A DNA stretch of 64,000 bases from Dipteris shenzhenensis (Eukaryota): the NCBI GenBank assembly GCA_047967505.1, contig CM106538.1; one strand, written 5' to 3'. Made by a program: the position numbers and the translations under genes. Under the pieces are notes generated by a model, which worked only from the letters and a program-made list of their open reading frames with translations, was not told the origin of the DNA and searched no databases. Positions 1 through 12,090 of the stretch are shown here, piece after piece; the stretch's first letter is position 1; each line of letters begins with the position of its first letter.

Positions 1-2963
1 TACGTATGAAACCTCTTCTTCTCCCTTGTGTTTGTAGTATTTTGAGTTGCATTGGAGTGGAGTCTTACTCTATTGACAATGAAGATCACTTCGTATTCCC
101 TCTCTTGAATCTCTCTTCCCTTTTCTTCCTTTCAAAGCCTTAAAAGTTCTTTCTATTCGGCCGCTCATTGCATACACATGGTCCATCCATTTCCCGAGCC
201 ACCAAGGGAGTTACTTACCCTATTCTAGGCAAAATCTATGAGTGGTGGATCGTTGATGAAGGTGGAGTCTTGAGGGAGCATCCTGCTCGGCAAAATTAGC
301 ATGGGTGGAGGGCAGTTTTCATGATAGTTTGACCCCCTGTTAGTGTTTTGCTCATAACTTTCCGCTCGTTAGTCCGATTTTTTGTGAAACTTATATCAGC
401 GTGAAGCTCTCTTCAAGGCGCATGTCTTTGTGCTATTAGACCTTGAATCAGATACTACAGCAAAAAGTTATGAGTCTCTATGTTTGACAGTCTGTTTTCA
501 TGACAGTTTTTACCCCCGTCTAGTAAACCACCCATAACTTTCTGGCCGCTTCTTTGTTTCTTACGAAATGTATATCAATGCGAAGCCCATCTCAAGGTGC
601 ATCTCTATATTTGTTTGAATCTTTGGTATCATGTCTCTACTGAAAGTTACAGGCCTTTGTGTCTAATGATAGTTTGGAGAGTGTTTTGAGCTAAGTGTAA
701 AGATATCTATGAAGGAGGTGCAATGTTTCCTCGGAACCTACCCATCTGATCCAATCAGCCCCTTCAAGCTCCTCGATATATATCAGTTCATGTCATGTTG
801 AGGTGCAAGATCTTCTTTCAACAACATATCGCTCTTCTCTTTGGTGCAGACTGGCTAGCTGAGATTATGGCCTCTACTGATCCTTTCCTTCTCCCTATGC
901 TTGAGTACAACATCACTTGGGATGTTACCATCTTCATTCTCATCTAAGGGAGGAAAGTATGGTGTGGTATCTTGGCATAAAAGCTTCTTTTAATGTCCCT
1001 TTCTCAATGATAAGTATCTTTGTCACGCAGTTCAAAAGCAGTAGGAAGTGAAGAGGTGCGTGGACTTTATTACCCCCAACTTCATGTCACAGCATCAAAC
1101 CTAGCTTTCTGACATTGTTGCCTAGTCTCCATGTAGAGTAGTGCCAGCCTCCTCATCTCATCCTATTTTTGTAGCTACAACAATCTTGGCCTCTATCTTT
1201 GCTCCGTTAGTTAGTTTTTGCTCCAATGTGAACCTTGAAGCTAGATTTGGATCTCTAGGGGAAGAATTCCTTAGTGCCATACGCAAGCTAAAATGAGCTA
1301 TGTCCACCGGTGGAGGTGTTGTGGGTTACATACTGCTTGAGTCACATTCTAGTCCAACTAAGTATGGTGTCCCACTATCAAGTTTCTAATGAACTTACAA
1401 ATAGGCCCTTTAGCATGCCCATCATTGGTAAGAGTGTCCCATCACTTAATGCTTGCATTTTATAACAAAAATTATAAGTTTTGTTACAATTTTGGCCTCT
1501 TCTTCATCCTGCATCATTGTTGCATCTCGTTTCTGGAGTCTCTTCTCCATTGCTATATCTCGTATTCGAAGTCCCTTTTCGCGAGAATATCAGTGCTCGT
1601 TTGTTGTTCTGTTTGGTCGTGGATTTCAAGGAATTTGGCGATGGATTTCAACGGTAAACATAGTTTTTCAGACAATTGGCCTTATGTTCCTACCGACTCT
1701 GATTCAACATCTCTTCGTTAGGGAGCTTTTGTTGTAAGGGTGTAGCCAACCTTGTAGACTAGCTATTATTGTTGTCTACTTCCTACGATAGAGAGTTTCC
1801 CCCGAAGTCGAATTAGTTGTTGGCTAAGAGGCTAGCCAGGAGTGTTTCCTCTAGGTGATTGATGATCTGAAGGGTGGAAGCATAGTTTAGAGGCTAGCCA
1901 GGAGCATTTCCTCAGGGTGATTCATCCCTATGATCTAAAGGGTGGAAGCATAGAGGATCTCTTACCGAAGGTCGCATCATTTCCTTCTCTCAGCTTGCTC
2001 TACTTGCACATTTTGTTATGGGTGCCTTTCTCACTCACTCTTCTTGAAGCTACCCCATCAAGCAAACCCAAATGGCCCTTCAAATTTCTCCATTCCAAGC
2101 ATCGATTTGTTTATGCCAAGTTCCATCAACATGCAATTTAGCAACTGCGGCTATTGAGCAATCAATGTTGGTGACCATCGGTGCTGAGCTTCCAAGAGAG
2201 CGTGAAAGGTTTCCGGCTTTCGAAGCTATATTGGGCGAGCCATGGAGTGACATACCCAAATAGCGCTGTTGAAAAAATTTTGTTGGCAATTTTTGTGTTT
2301 TCGTTGCGGCTTATCGCTCCCATATGTGAGCATTTTGATGATCTGTGAGCCGTAAAACTTTCATGAACAAAAGCACGAGCTCGCGGCTCTGCATTCTGAG
2401 TGTTTGGATCTTTGTCTTGTTGGAGGTTAGGCTCTTTCAGCCTCATCGTTTCGTCTAAGATGAGCTCTTTGTTTGGAAATTCTCTGGAAACTGCTAGCAG
2501 ACTCTATAACCATGGCTTTGGGAGTCGTTTCCTTTTTTCTCTCGACAGCATCTTCTGATCTATGAGGCGCATCATGATCCTTCCTTTCCCTTCTATTACC
2601 ATATCTAGTTTGAGCATTTACCGTTGCTAGACTCAAATCGAGATGAACCTCTTCCCAACGTGTGATTGAAAACATAAATAGAAGCAAGGAGAGCTGCACG
2701 TGTCTGAGGCTAGTCTATGGAAGTGCAACGATGTGGAAGTCCAGTGGAGAGGGTACAGGACAGACGTGATTTGAGAGAAAAGATCTATGGTACGATAGGG
2801 AGGGAAAATGGAGTGGAGAGAGCCACAGGCCTGCCAAAGGAGACCACTCTTCAATTTGACCTCGCATTCCTCTAAGGGCAATGCTCTCGGCACCCTGTGC
2901 CTCTTGTTATTATACATGTTCATTCCACGTTGGGGAATGAATCGAGGGAACTCTTTTCAGGAA

Positions 2964-3080
2964 GGAAAGCACCTCGGAATCCGGTGAGTTTCCACCCCGA
3001 ATTCGGTGGGTTTCCTCCCCAGAATCCAGCATTTGGCGAGTAGAATCCAGGGAGGCTCACCGGATTCCGCGGTGCTTTCC
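2964..3080. repeat. 25-bp inverted repeat (fold-back) upstream of the PPR gene
   Basis: ggaaagcacctcggaatccggtgag (2964..2988) is the reverse complement of ctcaccggattccgcggtgctttcc (3056..3080) at 24/25 positions; the spacer contains palindrome ccgaattcgg. Confidence 0.85.
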
Positions 3081-3503
3081 GCGGCGGCGAAATCCGGCGA
3101 GCGGGTGGTGCTCGGTGGACTTTCCTCCGCGGAAAGGGATTACCCCGGGACATACAGAGAAGAGAAACTGAAAGCATCCTTCCACACAATCCTGCAGCTG
3201 CAGAGCCCGCTCAGCGTCTTGAATCATGATTCATGTCTTGCTTGTAGCATTATTGCTGCATCTGCAGCATGATTTGCGCAGGCTTTTGATGCATTCTCAT
3301 ATTGCACGGCAGTCCAAATCGAGGTGCTTTCGTCTCCTATAACGAACCCAGCTTTCGGACTATGGGTATTTCGTTCAACCTTGCTCATGCAAGCTTTTGC
3401 CCCCTATTTCATCCCTTGGGCGCTTGTCCCTCCCTTGCTTCTTCTGCTGCAGGTTTGTCGATCCATAAGGGAATCCCGACATGCCTGCTTGAAATTTTAG
3501 CAC

Positions 3504-6179
3504 ATGAAGGTGTTTTGGATACCTCAATGGAAGGTGATTGCTTGCGGACATTCGCCTGCTCCATTCCTGCGTACCTTTCATCAACTGGACCGACCCGGAG
3601 TTCCGTGGGATTTTGCCACATATGCTTCTCTTTTGCGGAACTGTGGGAGTGTAAAGGCGTTGTCCGATGGCAAGCGCATTCATGACCACTTCATTAAAAC
3701 TGGGCTTGATCGAAATGCTTCTCTTAGCAACCTCCTCTTACAGATGTATGGTAAATGCGGAGCTCTGGAGGATGCACATGCCCTGTTTGGTAGAATGCCT
3801 CAACGGGATCTTTCCTCTTGGAATTTCATAATAAGAGCATACACTTGGCATGGACAGGCTAGGGAAGCTGTACTGCTGTTTCAAGAGATGCAGAGAGAAG
3901 GGACGACTCCCAACAAGCACATTTTTGTTAGTATTCTTCCAGCCTATGCTGGGGAAGCTACTCTATACGAAGGCAGGCAAATGCACGCACATATTGTATG
4001 CAGTGGATGCGAGTTTGATATCTTTGTTGGCACTGCACTTGTCAATATGTATGGCAAATGTGGCAGCATCGAAGAGGCACAGAGAACGTTTGACATGATG
4101 CCAGAACAAGATGCCATCTCCTGGAATACCATGATTGCTGTGTGTACACAACATGGCCTGGCCGAAGATGCACTGGAACTTTTTAATCGAATGCCATCAG
4201 AAGGAATAATGCCAACCAATGTCACAATTGTCAGCGTCCTTGAAGCATGCGCCAGCAAGGGAATCCGAAGTGAAGGCTTGCGAGCTCATGTCAGAGTTTT
4301 AGGTGCTGGATTTGAGAAAGAAATCATTGTGGGTACTGCTCTTATGAACATGTATGGCAAATGTGGGATTTTGGGCAATGCACGCAGGATGTTTGATGAC
4401 TTATATGAACGGGATGTTGTCTTGTGTAACGCCATGATTGCAGCTTACGTGCAGAATGGTGAGAGCAAGTTTGCTCTTCAGCTCTTTGATAGAATGTGGC
4501 ATGAGGACGTAATGCCAGATAAGTTCACATTTGTCAGCACGCTTTCTGCATGTGCAACTTTAGCAGAAGGCAAGCGAATTCATGCTCTCATCTTGACCAG
4601 TAGACATGATTTTGATAGCTTTGTCGGAAATGCCCTTATCAATATGTACGGGAAGTGTGGCAAGTTGGAGGATTCATGGAGCATGTTTTGTAAAATACCT
4701 GGACGTGATGTTGTCTCATGGAATTCCATGATTGCAGCTTATATCTATCACGGGCATGTTAGGGGTGCTTTCCATCTTTTCAATCAAATGCAGCAGGAAG
4801 GATTTATGCCAAACAATATAACCTTTCTCAGCCTCTTTGATATGTGTGCCAGCCAGGCACCCCAAGCCGAAGGCAAGCGATTGCATGCTGGTATTCTTGG
4901 CAGTGTACTTGAGTCAGATGTTGCTCTTGGGAATGCCCTTGTGAATATGTATGCTAAGTGGGGCAGCCTAGAGGATGCTGTAAGGATATTTGACAAAATG
5001 CCAACATGGGACAAGGCCTCCTTCTTGAACATACTTTCTGCATGTACCAGCAAGGCAGCCCTAGGTGAAGGCAAGCGAATTCATGCTCATATAATCGCTT
5101 TTAAAATTGAGTCTGATCTTGTTGTGGGAACAGCTCTTGTCAACATGTATGGTAAGTGTGGCAGCCCCAAGGATGCTCGGAAGTTGTTTGACAAATTACG
5201 AGAGAGAGATGCAGTCTTATGGACTGCCATGATAGCAGCCTATGCTCATAATGGACAAGGTGAAGATGCCCTTCAACTTTTTGAGGAAATGCAGATGAAA
5301 GGAGTAGAGACTGACAAAATCACGCTTGTCAGCATCCTTGATGCATGTGCCGGCCAGGCAGCGATAGTTGAAGGCAAGCTGATGCATGACCATATTATTA
5401 TCAGCGGGTTTGAGTCAGATACTGTTATTGGAACGACTCTTATCAACATGTATGGAAAGAGTGGCAATCTTGAGGATGCTCGCAGTGTGTTTGACAAAAT
5501 CCCCCAGCAGGATGCAGTCACATGGACAGTCATGATTGCAGCTTATGCCCAGCATGGGCGTGCCATGGATGCCCTCAATCTTTTTCAAAAAATGAGGCAG
5601 GAAGGAGTGATGCCTAATGAGGTCACCTTCATTAGCATTCTTTCTGCATGTAGCCATTCTGGTCTGGTTGATGAAGGTCGCAGCTATTTTTGGTCCATGA
5701 AGCAAATTCATAGCTTCACACATCTGCTTGATCATTATAATTGCATGGTTGATTTACTGGGAAGGGCAGGACTGCTTGATGAGGCAGAATCCCTAATAAA
5801 TGAAATGCCACTTCATCCTTCTTCAGTAACTTGGTCAACCTTGCTTGGTGCATGCAGAGACCAGGCTGATGTCAGGCGAGGTGAACGCGCAGCAGGTCAT
5901 GTGTTAGAACTAGATCCAGACAATGCTTCATCGTATATAATGCTGTTAAATATCTATGCTGCAGCTGACAGGGGTGATGTTGCATCGAAGTTGAACACAA
6001 TAAAGGAGAAGGGTCTACAGCATTGGCCAGGCTGCATTTCCATTGAGCATGAAGGGACGATGTATGAATTTCTACCAGAGCATGGATTGCACTTTCAGGA
6101 GCAGGAAATGGAGGCTTTTGGTACAGAGTTGATGATCTCATGGCAAGAGAGCTATGGTTCTAGGTTTGGTGGTGGATAG
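3504..6179 (+). CDS. PLS-class pentatricopeptide repeat protein with E/E+ tail, no DYW deaminase; likely organellar RNA-editing specificity factor
   Basis: 891-aa intronless ORF; seven MY(G/A)K(C/W/S)G motifs in P-L-S triplets; C-terminal ILSACSHSGLVDEG, HYNCMVDLLGRAG, WSTLLGAC, PGCISIE motifs; ends without HxE/CxxC/DYW. In-frame TAG at 3498..3500 bounds the ORF, although an upstream exon cannot be excluded. Confidence 0.93.
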   Translation: MKVFWIPQWKVIACGHSPAPFLRTFHQLDRPGVPWDFATYASLLRNCGSVKALSDGKRIHDHFIKTGLDRNASLSNLLLQMYGKCGALEDAHALFGRMPQRDLSSWNFIIRAYTWHGQAREAVLLFQEMQREGTTPNKHIFVSILPAYAGEATLYEGRQMHAHIVCSGCEFDIFVGTALVNMYGKCGSIEEAQRTFDMMPEQDAISWNTMIAVCTQHGLAEDALELFNRMPSEGIMPTNVTIVSVLEACASKGIRSEGLRAHVRVLGAGFEKEIIVGTALMNMYGKCGILGNARRMFDDLYERDVVLCNAMIAAYVQNGESKFALQLFDRMWHEDVMPDKFTFVSTLSACATLAEGKRIHALILTSRHDFDSFVGNALINMYGKCGKLEDSWSMFCKIPGRDVVSWNSMIAAYIYHGHVRGAFHLFNQMQQEGFMPNNITFLSLFDMCASQAPQAEGKRLHAGILGSVLESDVALGNALVNMYAKWGSLEDAVRIFDKMPTWDKASFLNILSACTSKAALGEGKRIHAHIIAFKIESDLVVGTALVNMYGKCGSPKDARKLFDKLRERDAVLWTAMIAAYAHNGQGEDALQLFEEMQMKGVETDKITLVSILDACAGQAAIVEGKLMHDHIIISGFESDTVIGTTLINMYGKSGNLEDARSVFDKIPQQDAVTWTVMIAAYAQHGRAMDALNLFQKMRQEGVMPNEVTFISILSACSHSGLVDEGRSYFWSMKQIHSFTHLLDHYNCMVDLLGRAGLLDEAESLINEMPLHPSSVTWSTLLGACRDQADVRRGERAAGHVLELDPDNASSYIMLLNIYAAADRGDVASKLNTIKEKGLQHWPGCISIEHEGTMYEFLPEHGLHFQEQEMEAFGTELMISWQESYGSRFGGG

Positions 6180-6480
6180 TGTGGAGAAGACTCTGCTGTA
6201 ATTGGGAGAACCTGGCCTTCTACTTCGATATAGACCCCTTTTAATATCTCCCTTTTTGCATAAGACCACAATGTGGGCCTGGTTGTTGCTTTGCAAACTT
6301 TCAGGAAGGCTTCACCATATTGTGGCCCCCTCTTACATGGGCAAGCACAGTCACACAAATAGGGATGGTAGAAAGGGGAGTAAATGGCTGGATGAGGATG
6401 GGCAGAAATGGGTTGAGAGAGCCTTCTCATGCAAAAAGACTGGCTGAGCTGCACAAATCCATGGGAAAAAATGCCTTGCC

Positions 6481-6721
6481 ATTTATACAACAGTGAGAGC
6501 ATTATTTCTCTCGAGTTGCTAGCACATTACCGAGTCCAATCCTTGATGGAACTCCTTTCCTACATTGTTGCCATCATATAGATGTCATTGACATCCACCC
6601 AATTTATACAACAGTGAGAGCATTATTTCTCTGAGTTGCTAGCACATTACCGAGTCCAATCCTTGATGGAACTCCTTTCCTACATTGTTGCCATCATATA
6701 GATGTCATTGACATCCACCCA
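6481..6721. repeat. Near-perfect tandem duplication of about 120 bp
   Basis: atttatacaacagtgagagcatt...gacatccaccc occurs at 6481 and 6602 with a 1-nt indel. Confidence 0.95.
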
Positions 6722-7634
6722 ATGATTCTTTTCCACAATTATCTTTGGCTGAAGAACATAGAAAAGACTGCTTGAATCAAGGCACGAGGTGACTAAATCA
6801 ACCTGTGACCATGGAGAGAGTGTTTTCTTTTAGGACAACCTTGGTGGAGGGGTGCTTTAGCACGGACTTTTAACTTGGCTAGTGGGATTTTCCATGCCTT
6901 TTGGAAATCTTTGTTATCTAAAGATATCTCCTCTTCTTAGAATGGGTGATCTCTCTTTCTCCCCGTCCCTCTTCCCCTCTTTGCTTTTCTCTAAACCCCT
7001 CGCCAAATGCCCATAATGTAATTCACTTTAAAATAGCCACTACTGGTGCCTATGGCATTCATGCTCTCTTGTTTGTTTAAGTTCATCCCCAACTTCAGTG
7101 CATTAGTCAAACAACTCAGGATTTCTTTTGCTTGTCCAATTCATGGGATGGAAGAATGGTACAAAAGCTGTGAAACATTGTCAGGAAAGTGAGACCATTT
7201 TCTACTGAAGATGCTTACATGGAAGGCAGGAGTTAGATGTTAGAAGTAGGCATGCCCAGATGTGAGCCTCGATATGAGAGGATTACCTGTTGTAGATATC
7301 GGTTAGGAATAGGGAGACATGCCCCACATCGGGACTGTGTATGTGAGCACCAGGAGAGCAAATTTTGGAGTGGTTGGACCAGCATTGAAAAGGGCCACAA
7401 GGAACCTGGTATTGATCCTGATTTGGGGCTGACTCGGTCGGCTGTGAGCAACCTGCCATGCTCCCCTTTTCAAAGTTGGCTGATCTCTCAGGGCCAGGGA
7501 AGGGGCAGCGTGCCTCCCCTAGACCTAATGACATGGCTCTTGCTGTATCACTGATCTCCTGCTATCCATGTCTCCTGCCCAATCTGGATCAAGGTCTTGC
7601 CCTTGGCATAGGTAATGCCATACTCCAAAGTACC

Positions 7635-8777
7635 TCAATATACCAGCTGCATAGCTAATGTCCGGTCATGTGTTGCACAAATAAATGAGACTCCCCACCA
7701 TGAGACTTTTGTACATAGACTCAGCCACCAATGTAGAAGAGTCTTCCCGCGAGAGGTTCGCATTAACCTCCATGAGGGTGCCCACTATATTGCATTTAGA
7801 CGTTTTGTATGCCTTTGGAATCTCTCCAACGTACTTACGTTGTGAGATGAAGACGTGATCTAGCTTTTGCCAAACCTCATTTCACAAACAAAAAAGCATA
7901 AGCCCAAGGTTTGCCATCTCAAACATCTACATCATCTTGAAGAACTTATCTTCATGACTTTCTGACAAGGTCGTCCACATAAAGAACAATCACCATATAG
8001 TTGCCTTGCTCAACAAAAACATATAAATTAGCATCCGAGGGATTCTGATAAAACCAGTAATCGCAAAGAAAGTGTCAATCCACTAGTACCATCCACATGG
8101 GGCGTTTTAGCCCAATAGGTGCCCCATCATATGAAAGATGGGAAATTCTTATTTAGTTGTGGAGAAAGGAAGAGGGCAAGGCCATGATTAAACTAAGGTA
8201 TAAAACGTCAATATACTAGCTACATAGCTGATGTCCGGTCATGTGTTGCACAAATAAATGAGACTCCCCACCATGAGACTTTTGTACATAGACTCATCCA
8301 CCAATGTGGAAGAGTCTTCCCGCGAGAGGTGCACATCAACCTCCATAAGGGTGTCCACTATATTGCATTTAGACATTTTGTATGCCTTTGGAATCTCTTC
8401 AATGTACTTACGTTGTGAGATGAAGATGTGATCTAGCTTTTGCCAAACTTCATTTCACAAACAAAAAAGCATAAGCCCAAGGTTTGCCATCTCAAACACC
8501 TACATCATCTTGAAGAAATTATCTTCATGACTTTCTGACAAGGTCGTCCACATAAAGAACAATCACCATATAGTTGCCTTGCTCAGCAAAAACATATAAA
8601 TTAGCATCCGAGGGATTCTGATAAAACCAGTAATCACAAAGCTAGTGTCAATCCACTAGTACCATCCACGTGGGGCGTTTCAGTCCAATAGGTGCCCCAT
8701 CATATGAAAAATGGGAAATTCCTATTTAGTTGTGGAGAAAGGAAGAGGGCAAGGCCATGATTAAACTAAGGTATAAA
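7635..8777 (-). repeat. About 573-bp tandem duplication of a decayed Ty1/copia RT fragment
   Basis: Units start at 7635 and 8208 (tcaatatac(c/t)agct(g/a)catagct); the minus strand reads SDANLYVF..MVIVLYVDDLV, resembling RT of the 33335 element. Confidence 0.85.
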
Positions 8778-9318
8778 GGGGGGAGCAATAAATTAAGAAA
8801 TAATGGAGGATAGGGGCATTAAAGTGGGAGGGACGTGAGATTGGGGAGGGGGAGGGACCACGCATTAAAGAGGAAAGGACATCCTTTGGGAAGGGGGATG
8901 AGGGAGCAGTTATAATACTATTATAAGGAAATGGGCATATAATATTACTTTATAGCTTAGTGGTAGGGCTCATGCATGGGAAAAGGAAGGTTTTGAGTTC
9001 TAATCTTTTCTTGAACATTTGGGGAAGCCCCCCTTGGACATAGTCTATGCATTAAATAAATTAAGCCATGGAGAAACTTTAGCTTAATAAATAAATTAAA
9101 CCATAGAGAAACATAGCTTAATTAGCATAAATAAATTAAGCCATGGATAAACATAGCTTAATTAAGCCTCCATGCATCAAAACTAATTAATTAATGGGTT
9201 GGAATGGGAGAGAGTGAATAGGAGAGACTAAAGCACCTTCTTCAGCCTACAAGCTTGTCCTTTTCAACTGAGGATTTCAAAACTTGGTGGCTATCCCACG
9301 TGATCCTCTGCCTTGATA

Positions 9319-11929
9319 TGATAAAACATGTGTGCCTCAGGATCTATGGAGCGCTCTCAGGTGGATGAAACCTGTGTGGAAACATAATGAAGAGAGTGCT
9401 CATGACATGTACCTCAAGTCAATTAGGTTCCAAGATAGATTAGCTTGGACTCATAAAGAGAATCTTGAGATAGTGCAAAGTGCTTGATTGATATTACTTC
9501 AAATGAACCTCCCTTTTATAGGTGAGGGTACTTACATCCATTTGCTTGCTCACATGTGGGATATGTATGTCCTCCATGCCATGTGGCAGCTTGCCCTTTG
9601 CTCATACCTTTGCACTACAAGTGCTCATGGCACCACAACTCTCAACACCTCCCCTTGGTGCCATGATCCTTTGGCTACTGCAAGGTGGTCAGATGTGAGT
9701 TACAAGATCAAATCCTCCCCTAGGTGCTTTCATAGCTACTCTCAGGTGGTCAGGCTTGATTTACAAAATATAGGCAAGGTTGACAAGGTTTTTGTTTCTC
9801 AATACATGTTGTTTCTGTCATACTGCTCATAGCTTGATGACGATGCTGTGTAGTTGACCTGCTGGTTCTTCAATCTGCAATCTTCTTTCTTGTGTAGCTT
9901 CATGCATGATGCTTTGTTCTTCCATGTGCCTTGATGCTTTATGTGTGGATGCCATGCTTCGTGCTATGGTCATGCCATGCACTTGTGCTTTTGGCATGCT
10001 TTTTGCATTCATGTGTTGCTTTTCCATCTGTTGCAAAGGTCTTACCAATTGATTTCTTTCAATATTGGCAGTGTCTAATTGCATACAATGATTCTGATTT
10101 TATAGGCACGTAGAGCTCGAAAAGACGATCACTTTTCCTTTTTGGAGCATGTGCAAATTCTTCCTGGATTGTAAGTTACGCCTTGTTGAAGGTTTTGTGA
10201 AGAAGAGGGCCATTGATGATGTGGCACAGGGATTCACATGTTGAATTCCATACTGTGCTTAACAAGAGGCTGTGTGCTTAAAAGGCACTGCTGACTGTGC
10301 ATGCTGATGTGGTAATCTTTTGACCCCAACTAGGTGAACCCAAGGTTACATTAACTTTACCATGGTCCAACTGAACCTAACCATAAACTTTAACCAAAGT
10401 CTTTGAACTCAAGGTTAGCTAAACTCAACCATTGTGTTAACCAAGGTTAGAATCTATCTTCCACATGGCAAGAAACTGACCAAGGCTATGAACCATGGGT
10501 TAACATCACCTAACCTTGGTTAGAGCCTATTTGCCACGTGGCCTAATGCTAGAACTTTAGGAGAAAGAAATGCAAGCTTTGCTTCTCTGCAGACGATGGC
10601 GTGGATGAATTTCGATGACGGAGTTGAAGCGCGGAGTCGTCGGGGCTGGCTGCTAGCTATCGCGGTTGCTCTTGGAGCTATGTGCATGCGCTAGAGAGCC
10701 GTTGGCACATCTTGGAGCTGTGTGGGCTGTGTTGAGCATTGCAGGAGCCGCTGCAACACAGCTGTGCTTAGAGTCAGCCGCTTCTAAGGCTACTGTCGTT
10801 TGTTGACGTCCGTGGCACTCAGTGTAGAGCTGGCGAGAGGCTGTGGTATTTAGCAGGAGACATTAAGCATGAAGGAGCTTCGAGGAGCAGGACCGCTTGG
10901 AGCGTATGGAGGAGTCGCTTCTGTCTTGTGTAGATATGGAGCGGTTGGTAGCCTGTAGTACGAAGGCGTTGGATCAAAGACGTCTTATCTTTTGCTACAA
11001 AGGGGCTCGGCCGTGAGTATTGTTGCTGGAACCCGTGTTTGCTCAAGAGCACTGCTTGTTGAAGAGTGTGTAGGAGCTTGTTGCAGAGCCGGTTCTTCCC
11101 TTTGGATGTGGCTTTGGAGACACCGGCTAGCTCGTGTCGTCTTGTTGGTGGACGTTTCTGCAATCACGTGGGCTAGGAGGTCATTTGAAGGCTTGGTGAA
11201 GCCGATTGGAGTTTGTTCCCTTGGATAGGCTGCACTTCAGAGGTGGTTGCCTCTCGTTGGTGAGGCTTTGTCTATGCAGGGCTAGCTTGAGTTGTAGAGT
11301 CCATATCTTTCTCTCAGACTGAATACCTCTCTCTTAGAAGAGGATATGAGAGCAAAATCTCTCTCTCAATGAAAAGCACACAAAGAACTTTCTCTTTCTC
11401 TCTCACAGAAGATTATGAAGGAATTGCTCTCTTTCAGAATGGGAAGACGGAAGTCTCATAAGAATTCTCCTTCTAAAACTAAAACTAACCTAGGAGAACT
11501 CATGAGCTCCTAAGACATGCCTACAACTAATCTAGGAATGGAAGCAATCCTAGTGAACTACTAATGAGCTAAACTAGGAGAGCTAAACCTATGCTCTGAT
11601 ACTATGACAAAACATGTGTGCCTCAGGATCTATGGAGCGCTCTAAGGTGGATGAAACCTGTGTGGAAACATAATGAAGAGAGTGCTCATGACATGTACCT
11701 CAAGTCAATTAGGTTCCAAGATAGATTAGCTTGGACTCATAAAGAGAATCTTGAGATAGTGCAAAGTGCTTGATTGATATTACTTCAAATGAACCTCCCT
11801 TTTATAGGTGAGGGTACTTACATCCATTTGCTTGCTCAAATGTGGGATATGTCCTCCATGCCATGTGGCAGCTTACCCTTTGCTCATACCTTTGCACTAC
11901 AAGTGCTCATGGCACCACAACTCTCAACA
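9319..11929 (-). mobile_element. Non-autonomous, non-coding LTR retrotransposon (TRIM/LARD-like), 2.6 kb
   Basis: LTRs 9319..9647 and 11605..11929 (TG...CA, near identical); TSD TGATA at 9314..9318 and 11930..11934; Met-type PBS (plus gctctgatacta, 11593..11604); PPT (plus cctcccctt) after 9647; no recognisable gag/pol in the internal 1.96 kb. Confidence 0.9.
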
Positions 11930-12090
11930 TGATATTTCCATTTAGAGAGTCAAACTTGACATCCATCTATAGGAATGACTGCCCTTCTTGCACTACTAAG
12001 GCCAAGATAGCACAGATTATGGCTAACCTAGCTGAGGTGGCACTTTTTCCACGAGCTGTGACTTGTCCAATGAGCCATTGGATTTGAAGT

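Noticed and set aside
6180-6850. Possible detached DYW domain after the PPR stop
   Set aside because: No HSEK, CxDCH or DYW-like motif recognised in the forward frames
7238-7550. Possible solo LTR (TGTTAG...TATCA)
   Set aside because: No TSD and no second copy in the window
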